Notes under the pieces: generated by a model
Told to the model about the DNA's origin: nothing
The model's input: the letters and a program-made list of their open reading frames with translations, nothing else
The model's database searches: none
Program-made: the position numbers and the translations under genes
Shown here: positions 1 to 7,131 of the stretch, piece by piece
Position numbering within the stretch: the first letter of the stretch is position 1
How the letters are laid out: the number at the start of each line of letters is the position of its first letter
Assembly (NCBI GenBank): GCA_028572065.1
Contig: JAPVWK010000048.1
Coordinates: 1-14,292, forward strand
DNA length: 14,292 nt
Source: Candidatus Methanophagales archaeon
GTDB lineage: Archaea; Halobacteriota; Syntropharchaeia; Alkanophagales; Methanospirareceae
Reading direction: 5' to 3'

Positions 1-117
1 ATTTCCCACGTTGTCCTGCGAGCTTACCACGCAAGCGTTACCACCGGCATGTTCCGCAGTAGGATTACCCCGAATGGAAGGGGTCGCCGAAAAGACAATC
101 CGCGATGTAGCTTCCAT
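1..117 (-). CDS. possible 5' end of a leftward hypothetical gene running off the window (partial)
   Basis: A minus-strand ATG at 117-115 opens a frame (MEATSRIVFSATPSIRGNPTAEHAGGNACVVSSQDNVGN) that stays open to base 1. Bases 1-130 look GC-richer than the AT-rich spacer 130-277. No family recognised and no clear RBS. Too short for the ORF track. Confidence 0.2.
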   Translation of the reverse strand, partial: MEATSRIVFSATPSIRGNPTAEHAGGNACVVSSQDNVGN

Positions 118-277
118 GTCAACAGACCACAAGATTACACAACACTTTTTCTTTTTTGCAAAAAGAAAACCTGTGCTAAAAGAAAAACAAATAATTTCTT
201 TTGGTAAAGCTTTTCTTCTTAAGAAAAGGTTTTTATGAGAATCTGCGTAATCACGGGTTAGTAAAAAGAGGAAGAAA

Positions 278-640
278 ATGAAATACATGAAAGATGTAGG
301 AGGCGGAAGCCGCAAACGTGGAAGATGCGACGAAGACCCGATGTCCTCCGTTGCCAATCTATTCGACGTGGCGATGGTATTCGCACTCGGGTTAATGGTG
401 ATGCTGCTGATGTATCTCAGCATACCGGAAGTGCTAACGCAGACAGATATGACAATAGTCAAGAATCCGGGGCAGCCGAACATGGAAGTGATAGTAAAAA
501 GCGGAGAACAAATAGAGAAGCTGGATATGATGAACGAGACGGTCCAAACGGAAATAACAGGTGAAATGGGTAGGATATATAAGACAAAAGGCGGGGGGAT
601 GGTGTATGTGCCGGCAGAAGATAAGGTGGGTGTAATATGA
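278..640 (+). CDS. small single-pass membrane protein, ExbD/TolR-like (DUF2149-like)
   Basis: 120-aa ORF with a purine-rich AGAGGAAG just upstream. It has one TM helix (ANLFDVAMVFALGLMVMLLMYL). The NLxDVxxVF start of that helix resembles the ExbD/TolR membrane segment and, from memory, the DUF2149 family found beside MotA/ExbB-like and periplasmic-binding-protein genes in methanogens. The internal Met22 is an alternative start. Confidence 0.55.
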   Translation: MKYMKDVGGGSRKRGRCDEDPMSSVANLFDVAMVFALGLMVMLLMYLSIPEVLTQTDMTIVKNPGQPNMEVIVKSGEQIEKLDMMNETVQTEITGEMGRIYKTKGGGMVYVPAEDKVGVI

Positions 641-780
641 GCGCCGCGACACCAATTAAAACGAAGCAAATATTTACCCATACAGGTTATAGTTGCCACC
701 TAAAGGGGAACCTATTTATAGTGCCAACTCCAACTACTTCTATATCGTAAACCTGCAATTAGACTGTGTGCGTGATAAAA

Positions 781-954
781 ATGAACGAAGAAGAGAAAAC
801 AAGATGGATGAAGGATTTGCTGAGGCTACTTCAGAATATGTCTGAATTTGAGCTTGAAGAAAGGGAAGAACAGTTAGAGGAACGGTTGGAGGAAATAAAA
901 AAAGAGTTAGGTCCGTGGTTTATTGACGGTTCTCAGCTATATATGGCGGCATAA
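781..954 (+). CDS. small acidic coiled-coil hypothetical protein
   Basis: The ORF track gives 766-954 from a GTG; the first ATG is at 781 (MNEEEKTRWMKDLLRLLQNMSEFELEEREEQLEERLEEIKKELGPWF...). TATA-like TCTATATC and CTATTTATAG lie 30-70 nt upstream. No family recognised. Confidence 0.35.
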   Translation: MNEEEKTRWMKDLLRLLQNMSEFELEEREEQLEERLEEIKKELGPWFIDGSQLYMAA

Positions 955-1054
955 CTAACTCGCTATTTCGAGCAGAGAACTAAACGAAGATATTTAAATG
1001 AAAAGGAAAGATTAAAGAACTGTTATTTATACTATCAAGCGGTCAAGAAGAAAG

Positions 1055-2080
1055 ATGAACACTAATAGAATGGATATATGGATATTCACAGTGCTAACAC
1101 TCGCTTTCACGGCAGCACTCGCTTTTTCTGCTTTTGCGGTAAGCGCCGAAATGCTCGAAGTAACTGACGACTTCGGTAGGAACGTAACCCTCCCCGGGTA
1201 TTCGGAAAGAATCATCTCGTTATCGCCAACCAATACGGAAATACTATTCGCTATTGGCGCCGGTGACAGAGTCATAGGTGCAACAGATTACTGTAATTAC
1301 CCTGAAGAAGCGAAAGAAATTACGCGGGTTGGTGGCGTTTCCACGGTGAGCATAGAGAAAGTAGTAGCATCAGAGGCCGATCTCGTGCTCGGCTGCGCGT
1401 TGAACAGCAAAGAAACAGTTGAGCGGTTGACAGAGCTGAATGTAGCGGTCGTATCACTGAATCCTGTGACCATTCAGGAGATACAGGACGATATAATGCT
1501 GGTAGGACGTTTAACAGGTAAAGAAGAGAATGCTACTGCTTTAGTCGCCGATATGGCACAAAGATTAGAAGCGATAAAAGCGCGAACTGTGGACGTGAAA
1601 CGCCCGAAAGTCGCTCATATTACATGGCATGACCCGCTCTGGGTTGCAGGTGGCGGCACCGTACAGGACGAGTTGATAGAACTAGCAGGTGGCGATAATG
1701 TCTTTTCAGACAAAAAAGAGTGGGATACGGCGAGTCTGGAAGAGTTCATAGATCGCAACCCTGACGTCATTATCGTATCGGTTGGGCATGGCGTTGCGGG
1801 CATGCAGCCGTATGATTATATACTACAAGAGGAGCGGCTGAAAGTAGTGAATGCCGTTAAAAACGGTAGAGTTTACACTATAGATGCGGACATCGCGTCT
1901 CGAGCAGGACCCCGGATAGTAAACGCAACAGAGATTGTTTATGAGTGTCTGTCCGAATCGTCCGGCGATACGGAGACGCCCACACCAGAGCCTGCCGGAT
2001 TTGAAGCGGTATTAGCAGTTGCGAGTTTACTTGTGGTATTGTGCTTCTTAAGAATAAAGACAAGAAGGAATAAAAATTGA
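1055..2080 (+). CDS. ABC-transporter periplasmic (surface) substrate-binding protein, Fe-siderophore/cobalamin class (Peripla_BP_2), with C-terminal PGF-CTERM-like anchor
   Basis: Signal-peptide-like N-terminus (IWIFTVLTLAFTAALAFSAFAVSA). The core motifs RIISLSPTNTEILFAIGAGDRVIGATDYCNYP and ADLVLG are typical of BtuF/FhuD-type binding proteins. The tail is a Thr/Pro linker (GDTETPTPEP) followed by PAGFEAVLAVASLLVVLCFLRIKTRR. Confidence 0.85.
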   Translation: MNTNRMDIWIFTVLTLAFTAALAFSAFAVSAEMLEVTDDFGRNVTLPGYSERIISLSPTNTEILFAIGAGDRVIGATDYCNYPEEAKEITRVGGVSTVSIEKVVASEADLVLGCALNSKETVERLTELNVAVVSLNPVTIQEIQDDIMLVGRLTGKEENATALVADMAQRLEAIKARTVDVKRPKVAHITWHDPLWVAGGGTVQDELIELAGGDNVFSDKKEWDTASLEEFIDRNPDVIIVSVGHGVAGMQPYDYILQEERLKVVNAVKNGRVYTIDADIASRAGPRIVNATEIVYECLSESSGDTETPTPEPAGFEAVLAVASLLVVLCFLRIKTRRNKN

Positions 2081-2085
2081 TAATC

Positions 2086-2105
2086 GGACGCAGATGAACG
2101 CAGAT
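2086..2105. repeat. left inverted-repeat arm flanking the GxxExxY fragment (GGACGCAGATGAACGCAGAT)
   Basis: Its reverse complement, ATCTGCGTTCATCTGCGTCC, matches the right arm ending ATCTGCGTCC at 2301-2310. The GCAGAT/ATCTGC unit is reiterated on both sides. Confidence 0.6.
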
Positions 2106-2291
2106 AATCAGGATTTTAAATATACGGTATTGACGGAGGAGTTTATTAGAATTTTCTATCGAGTTTATAATAAACTGGGTTATGGTTTTCTGGAAAAGGT
2201 TTATGAGAATGCAATGATGATGGAACTGAATTTTGGCACGAAACCGGAAGTCAAACGTAAGGCATTTGATTTTCTGCGTAAATCTGCGTAA
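2094..2291 (+). pseudogene. truncated GxxExxY-family (PD-(D/E)XK-like) gene remnant
   Basis: The 65-aa ORF carries the family N-terminal signature (IRIFYRVYNKLGYGFLEKVYENAMMMEL, that is G..E..Y). It loses similarity after about 45 aa and stops at roughly half the family length of about 125-130 aa (length from memory). Confidence 0.6.
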
Positions 2292-2310
2292 ATCCATGTG
2301 ATCTGCGTCC
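2281..2310. repeat. right inverted-repeat arm flanking the GxxExxY fragment (AATCTGCGTAAATCCATGTGATCTGCGTCC)
   Basis: Pairs with 2086-2105. A solo ATCTGCGTAA half-site also occurs at 241-250, upstream of the 278 gene. Confidence 0.55.
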
Positions 2311-2330
2311 TAAATAGGTAGAAGTTATAC

Positions 2331-2338
2331 TTTATATA
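2331..2338 (+). promoter_or_regulatory. candidate archaeal TATA box (TTTATATA) for the radical SAM gene
   Basis: A consensus-like TTTATATA lies 69 nt upstream of the ATG at 2407. GGAAGGAG (2391-2398) follows as a Shine-Dalgarno site 8 nt before the ATG. Confidence 0.4.
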
Positions 2339-2406
2339 CAGCAAAAAAGGTATGAACGTTTAAGGATCACTGTACTACAACATTAGTACCGGAAGGAGAC
2401 ACAGTC

Positions 2407-3177
2407 ATGAATATTTACCACATGAGCTACACACAAAAATTCGTGGGTGAGAGGATGGCCATGCTGTCTTTTAAAGGCTGCAACTTCGAGTGTACAGGCT
2501 GTCTCAGGAAAAGAAACGAATGCGACCTCTATGCGGAAGAGCGGAAATACATTGATTGGAATTTAGAGAACATACTAACGGAATTGGAAGAGTTGAAGCC
2601 GCATAGGATATATCTTGGTGGCTATGAACCTACACTCGACCCGGATTTAATAATGATAATCGAACGAATCACAAAGCTCGGCGCACATATCGTATTGATG
2701 ACAAATGGGAGCAGAATAGACACGGAATATGCGAAAGACTTGAAAAAAGCGGGTGTGAACGAGATTATAATCGGTATAAAAGCATTCGATGCCGAAAAGC
2801 ATCTTTACTACACGAAAAGGAGTAACAAGCCAGTATTGGCTGCGATAAAGGACTTAGTAACGCTAGAAGACGCTTATTTCAGGTTACAGATAGAGACGGT
2901 TTTAATCCCTGGGATAAATGAGCCTGCGGATATAGAAAGTCTGGCAATCTTCATTGCACGGATAGATCCCGCGATTGCACTTTTCATTGAGCCATGGATA
3001 CCATTAGAGGGCGTGGAGTTTAAAGAACCAGAGAAACGAGATTTGATAGATGCGGTTTCTGGTGCGATGAGGCATCTATATGTTGTGTCCTATCACCCTT
3101 TGTATTCCGAGATAAAAGAGATCAGGAAAACGCCACGGAAAGCGAAATTTATTGAAATCCTGCCAAAATCATATTAA
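2407..3177 (+). CDS. radical SAM protein (activase-like, function unknown)
   Basis: CNFECTGC is the CxxxCxxC radical-SAM cluster motif near the N-terminus. A GGYEPTL glycine-rich SAM-binding segment follows. The size (256 aa) fits a small PflA-like enzyme. A good SD precedes the ATG. Confidence 0.8.
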   Translation: MNIYHMSYTQKFVGERMAMLSFKGCNFECTGCLRKRNECDLYAEERKYIDWNLENILTELEELKPHRIYLGGYEPTLDPDLIMIIERITKLGAHIVLMTNGSRIDTEYAKDLKKAGVNEIIIGIKAFDAEKHLYYTKRSNKPVLAAIKDLVTLEDAYFRLQIETVLIPGINEPADIESLAIFIARIDPAIALFIEPWIPLEGVEFKEPEKRDLIDAVSGAMRHLYVVSYHPLYSEIKEIRKTPRKAKFIEILPKSY

Positions 3178-3387
3178 CGCCTTTTCTACCGCTTCCCGGA
3201 TCAAATAACCCGCCCTATGCAGAATCGTATCGCCAATCTCACGGTCTTTCTCCATGCTCGCGGTACAGGGATAGGAATGATGAGATTCACTGGTTCGATC
3301 GTAAAGTTCTAGTTTGTTCTCAACTTCTACGCCTTCTAACTGCTTTGCCACGAACCAGGTACTCCCGCAAGGAGCACTTCTCAACAC
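3169..3387 (-). CDS. hypothetical protein, possibly the C-terminal remnant of a DUF166 (COG1810)-like gene
   Basis: 72-aa ORF starting at a GTG. It contains APCGST and HSYPCTASM ... HRAGYLIREAV, which I recall as conserved C-terminal blocks of archaeal DUF166 proteins. An adjacent 32-aa ORF in another frame (3390-3488) looks like an upstream piece of the same family. See findings. Confidence 0.35.
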   Translation of the reverse strand: MLRSAPCGSTWFVAKQLEGVEVENKLELYDRTSESHHSYPCTASMEKDREIGDTILHRAGYLIREAVEKALI

Positions 3388-3584
3388 CTCTACATGAACA
3401 ATATCTCAGATGCAATCGCTATGTCTGCATCTGGAACCTCCCGTGGTAAATACACACCCGCAGAATCTTCTATGAATACCGGAAGCATAGAAAGCTCGAG
3501 GAGCTCAAACAATCCCTTTATAATATTATCAGGTCCATTTCTTTTCAGCTGTCATAGACTCGGATTTTTGGTGTGCTTTCCTGT

Positions 3585-4529
3585 TTATTTTGAGTACATA
3601 CTCTGTTGAATGTCCTTTCCCAGCTTGCCAATAGCATCAGCACGGCAATGCCGGCAGTGAGTCATCTCTTTCACGTACTCGCGGCATTTCTCCTGAATCG
3701 CCTCTTTCTCTTGCTGTGTCGGTGGTTTAATATTCGCGAACTTGTACTGCGGGATGAGCGGGATAATATTGTGCATATAAACGCCCAGCTTACTTATCTC
3801 CTTCGCTACCTCCACTATATGCTCATCATTCACCGTAGGTATAAGAACAGTATTAACTTTTATCAGTATCTTACGTTTCACCGCCTCGCGAATGCCTTCC
3901 AATTGGTTCTTCAGCAGTATCTCCGCACCTTCTTCGCCTTTATAGCGTTTACCGTTGTAATTGACGACTGAATAGATGTCCTTACCTATCGCAGGGTCTA
4001 TAGCGTTCAGTGTAACGGTTACAGTTCCGATGTCCAACTCTTCTATCTCGTCAATCCGTTCTGGCAAAAGCAGCCCGTTCGTGCTCAGACAGCGCATCAG
4101 GTGTGGGAACTCATCCTTCACGAGCCGGAACGTCTCGAATGTCTCTTCGTTAAACAGTGGCTCGCCGGGTCCCGCAACGGCAACTACCTTAATGTAATGC
4201 ACCTTTTCCATTACATCACGTACCCGTTCTAACGCTTCCTGTGGCGTTAGCACCTTGCTCGTCACTCCGGGTCGCGACTCATTCACGCAATCGAATTTCC
4301 GTACACAGTAATTACACTGGATGTTACACTTCGGTGCCACCGCGAGATGTATTCTGCCGAAGAAATGACAGGCGTTTTCACTGAAACAAGGATGTTCACT
4401 AATCTTTCTGAGCTGCGCAGGGTCCCAGGGTACTTCTTTGCCTTCTACATTGGCAGTGGGTAAATCACCCCCCTCGACACTACCCCCCTGCATCTCAACC
4501 ATTCCCTTTTTTGATGCTACTTCACTCAT
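3585..4529 (-). CDS. nifB: NifB, radical SAM FeMo-cofactor (NifB-co) biosynthesis protein, minimal archaeal form without a NifX-like domain
   Basis: HPCFSENACHFFGRIHLAVAPKCNIQCNYCVRKFDCVNESRPGVTSKVLTPQEA closely follows the NifB signature around the CNIQCNYC cluster motif. The C-terminal HCRHCRADAIGKLG matches the conserved CxxCRADAxG block. Confidence 0.85.
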   Translation of the reverse strand: MSEVASKKGMVEMQGGSVEGGDLPTANVEGKEVPWDPAQLRKISEHPCFSENACHFFGRIHLAVAPKCNIQCNYCVRKFDCVNESRPGVTSKVLTPQEALERVRDVMEKVHYIKVVAVAGPGEPLFNEETFETFRLVKDEFPHLMRCLSTNGLLLPERIDEIEELDIGTVTVTLNAIDPAIGKDIYSVVNYNGKRYKGEEGAEILLKNQLEGIREAVKRKILIKVNTVLIPTVNDEHIVEVAKEISKLGVYMHNIIPLIPQYKFANIKPPTQQEKEAIQEKCREYVKEMTHCRHCRADAIGKLGKDIQQSMYSK

Positions 4530-4555
4530 ACGTATACTTCTCCCGATATATGAGT

Positions 4556-5227
4556 TTATAAAACATCTTTCTTGAATTCCTCAAGTCCAACTTCTTTTAT
4601 ATACCTGCCCAATCGCTTTTTTGTGTCGCAGTTCTTGTAGTAATTGATAACTCGATCAGCAAGAGCCATAGCTTCATCATCACTCAAATTCTCCGTCAGA
4701 ATTTCTGCAATCGCAGGTGCGGCACCTGCGGAACCTCCGACCACCACTTTCCAGCCCTTTGGCATACCGATGAAGCCTAAGTCTTTTATCCAGGACTCCG
4801 CACAGCTATTACTACAACCGGAAACGCCGATCTTGAACTTTGAGGGCAACTCCAACCCATGATACTTGCTATCAAATTCCAAGCCTAATTTCACCGCATC
4901 TTGCTTGCCTCTTTTACAGAACGTAGTACCCGGACAGATTTTTACGCTTCTGATACATAACCCGATAGCCGCAGCCGGTGGCATATCGAGGTCACGCCAG
5001 GCAGCGTCTATATCGCTCTCTGCTAAACCCACAATTGCTATTCGTTGTGCCGAGGTCAATTTTAACGCTGCAGCATTGTATTTCTCCGCGACATCTGCTA
5101 TTTTCCGTAGCGTACAAGGTTCGCAAATCCCGCCCGGCATCTGCGGCGCAATCGCATACGTTTCATAATCCCGCTGGACAATTGCACCTTTATCCAACAG
5201 GTCTTTCTTCTTCTCTTTTTCTTCCAT
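4556..5227 (-). CDS. small sirohaem-[4Fe-4S] sulfite/nitrite reductase-like protein (low-molecular-weight assimilatory-type, alSir-like)
   Basis: 223 aa. The cysteine pattern is C-x5-C (CPGTTFC) followed by C-x3-C (CSNSC), as in the NIR_SIR sirohaem/Fe-S site. An N-terminal NIR_SIR_ferr-like half-domain is present (YAIAPQMPGGICEPCTLRKIADVAEKY...LKLTSAQRIAIVG). The size matches the ~23 kDa Desulfovibrio-type small sulfite reductase. Confidence 0.7.
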   Translation of the reverse strand: MEEKEKKKDLLDKGAIVQRDYETYAIAPQMPGGICEPCTLRKIADVAEKYNAAALKLTSAQRIAIVGLAESDIDAAWRDLDMPPAAAIGLCIRSVKICPGTTFCKRGKQDAVKLGLEFDSKYHGLELPSKFKIGVSGCSNSCAESWIKDLGFIGMPKGWKVVVGGSAGAAPAIAEILTENLSDDEAMALADRVINYYKNCDTKKRLGRYIKEVGLEEFKKDVL

Positions 5228-5230
5228 TTT

Positions 5231-5629
5231 TTAGTTACTCCTTTCTTTATAATTCTTAATCGCTTTTTGCAACGTCCTTTTAGATAAACACGTGCAATGT
5301 ACCTTCTGTGCAGGAATACCACCCAGATAATCTATTATCTTATCTTCCTCTATCTTCTCTGCCTCTTCTAATGTCATTCCTATTATCCTTTCTGTAAGGG
5401 CAGAGCCAGACGAAAAGGCTCCTGCACAGCCTATCGCCTGGAACTTAGCCTCTTTTATCACGCCATCTTCTACATTCAAAAAAATCTCCATTGTATCGCC
5501 ACAAGGTCCCGTATATATCGCATGAGCATCTGGCTCGCTTAGCTCTCCGACATTCACTTTGTTCATATAGTACTCAATGGCTTTCTCTGAATATCCTGAC
5601 TCTTTCAACAGATCTTGCATTTCACTCAT
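5231..5629 (-). CDS. NifU N-terminal/IscU-like Fe-S cluster scaffold protein
   Basis: 132 aa with the three scaffold cysteines in the expected contexts (GPCGD, IGCAGA, KVHC) and the typical length. Confidence 0.8.
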   Translation of the reverse strand: MSEMQDLLKESGYSEKAIEYYMNKVNVGELSEPDAHAIYTGPCGDTMEIFLNVEDGVIKEAKFQAIGCAGAFSSGSALTERIIGMTLEEAEKIEEDKIIDYLGGIPAQKVHCTCLSKRTLQKAIKNYKERSN

Positions 5630-5645
5630 TTTTTAATCACACTGT

Positions 5646-5656
5646 TATTTTATTAT
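5646..5656 (-). promoter_or_regulatory. possible internal TATA-like box (ATAATAAAATA on the minus strand) for the NifU-like/Sir/NifB genes
   Basis: An AT-rich box lies about 27 nt upstream of the ATG at 5629. That ATG has no SD, unlike its neighbours, which fits a leaderless or short-leader transcript. Confidence 0.25.
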
Positions 5657-5688
5657 CGCCGTGTCTTTTTATGATTTGCTATTTTTTG

Positions 5689-6882
5689 CTAGCCGTTGAT
5701 TATACCCTGCTCCTTATGCTTATTCGCGATTCCATCTGCTAACCGATCCAATGCTTTGAACGCCTCTTCTCCTGGTACTCCTTTAACAACAACGGGCTCC
5801 AGCAGTTCTACCTTTAAATTTGGTATCATACCTGTAAGTTGTTCCACCATTCTGCTACCCCAACCGTAAGACCCGATGATAGATGCAAATTTCAGCTTTG
5901 GCCTCAACGCATTTGCGAGACAAGCCGCATAAACCACTTTCGGATGCGGTCCTACCAGAACAGTTGGAGATCCGATTACAACAGTAGCTGCATCTACTAA
6001 CGCCATCGCTAATTTACCAATATCCGGTTCTGACAGATTAAACAGCTTTACTGTTATGCCACGTTCGATCAAAGCCTCTGCGAAGTGATCTACCATCTTC
6101 TTCGTGCTGCCGTGCATTGAGATATAAGGTATAACTACCTCATTCTTCACATCGTCAGAAGCCCAATCCCTGTAAGCATTGAGAATAAAATTTGGCTCTT
6201 TATACGCGGGACCGTGACTCGGTGCTATTATATCTATTGTCAAATCGTTTAGCCGTGCTAAGTTCTTCTTTATTGTTGGCCGGAAAGGCATCATGATCTC
6301 TGCATAGTATCGCTTGGCTGCCTCATAGACTGTCGCCTCATCGGTTACAAACAAGTCGCTGGTTGCGAGATGCGAGCCAAGGAAATCGCAGGTAAAAAGC
6401 ATCCGGTCTTCTCTTAGATATGTCAGCATAGTCTCTGGCCAGTGTACCCAAGGTGCATGGACGAACTCCAGTGTTTTGTTGCCCAATGACAGCGTCATGC
6501 CATCTTCAACGGTTATGAATTTATCCTGGTGTATCAAAAGCGAATCCATAAGCAAATCCTTACATTTCGGTGTGCAGACCACCTTAGCGCCTGGATATAA
6601 CTCAAGTATCAGGGGTAAAGTACCTGAATGGTCTTGTTCGGCGTGATTGGCAATGACGTAATCTATATCTCCTGTCTCAAGTTCTTCAAGATTTCTTATT
6701 AGCACGTCCGCCATGGTCGGGTCTACAGTGTCTATCAGTGCCGTTTTTTCGCTGCCTCGTACTAAATAAGAGTTATAGCTTGTTCCGTCTGGCAGTGGGA
6801 TTAATTCATCAAATAGCCTCCGGTCCCAGTCAATTGCGCCCACTGCGTAAATTCTCGGTTTCAGTTCTCTTTTGTGACTCAT
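5689..6882 (-). CDS. flavodiiron protein 1 (metallo-beta-lactamase-like diiron domain plus flavodoxin-like domain)
   Basis: Diiron motif HAEQDH (H-x-E-x-D-H) and a C-terminal flavodoxin-like domain (VVIPYISMHGSTKKM ... IGSYGWG). Its ATG follows the rubredoxin stop directly (TAAATG). Confidence 0.9.
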   Translation of the reverse strand: MSHKRELKPRIYAVGAIDWDRRLFDELIPLPDGTSYNSYLVRGSEKTALIDTVDPTMADVLIRNLEELETGDIDYVIANHAEQDHSGTLPLILELYPGAKVVCTPKCKDLLMDSLLIHQDKFITVEDGMTLSLGNKTLEFVHAPWVHWPETMLTYLREDRMLFTCDFLGSHLATSDLFVTDEATVYEAAKRYYAEIMMPFRPTIKKNLARLNDLTIDIIAPSHGPAYKEPNFILNAYRDWASDDVKNEVVIPYISMHGSTKKMVDHFAEALIERGITVKLFNLSEPDIGKLAMALVDAATVVIGSPTVLVGPHPKVVYAACLANALRPKLKFASIIGSYGWGSRMVEQLTGMIPNLKVELLEPVVVKGVPGEEAFKALDRLADGIANKHKEQGIING

Positions 6883-7020
6883 TTAAGCCACTTCCTCAAA
6901 CGCTTCTTTACCTACACCACAGTCGGGACATACCCAGTCATCAGGTAAATCCGCAAATGCCGTTCCACTCTCTTCTTCGTCATATATATAGTCACATACA
7001 GTACATTTCCATTTTGCCAT
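6883..7020 (-). CDS. rub: rubredoxin 1 (45 aa, missed by the ORF track)
   Basis: Hand translation gives [45 protein letters not shown]. It has the two CxxC pairs and the classic rubredoxin core. AGGAGG lies 10 nt upstream of the ATG. Confidence 0.92.
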   Translation of the reverse strand: MAKWKCTVCDYIYDEEESGTAFADLPDDWVCPDCGVGKEAFEEVA

Positions 7021-7055
7021 TTTTCTTATTCCTCCTTTTATTTTAGTACTTGCTC

Positions 7056-7125
7056 ACCGCTGAGCACGCGGAGAACGCGGAGTATCTCCCTTTGTCATCT
7101 CAGCGTTCTCCATGTTCTCGGCGGT
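7056..7125. repeat. imperfect palindromic intercistronic element, copy 1 (flavodoxin 1 / rubredoxin 1 spacer)
   Basis: The arms are ACCGCTGAGCACGCGGAGAACG (7056-7077) and CGTTCTCCATGTTCTCGGCGGT (7104-7125). By hand pairing they form about a 22-bp stem with a few mismatches or wobbles and a 26-nt loop. Confidence 0.75.
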
Positions 7126-7131
7126 AAATAT

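Noticed and set aside
11-238. 75-aa plus-strand ORF at the left edge
   Set aside because: Its second half runs through an AT-rich palindromic spacer (FFFFAKRKPVLKEKQIISFGKAFLLKKRFL). No RBS or family signal is present. A minus-strand partial frame explains the GC-richer part at least as well.
3606-3971. Plus-strand ORFs antisense to NifB. Similar cases: 1878-2297, 4644-5259, 6738-7046, 8796-9125, 9696-9974, 11398-11844, 12827-13204, 13376-13750.
   Set aside because: All overlap motif-supported genes on the opposite strand. They have no SD and show serine/leucine/arginine-rich shadow-frame composition.
7021-7131. Short minus-strand ATG ORFs inside the hairpin elements: MENAEMTKGDTPRSPRAQR here and METAELTMKALYVLCVLSGKPT in 9022-9129
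   Set aside because: The two peptides diverge completely after ME.AE.T, although the DNA arms are conserved. Conservation is therefore at the nucleotide or structure level, not coding.
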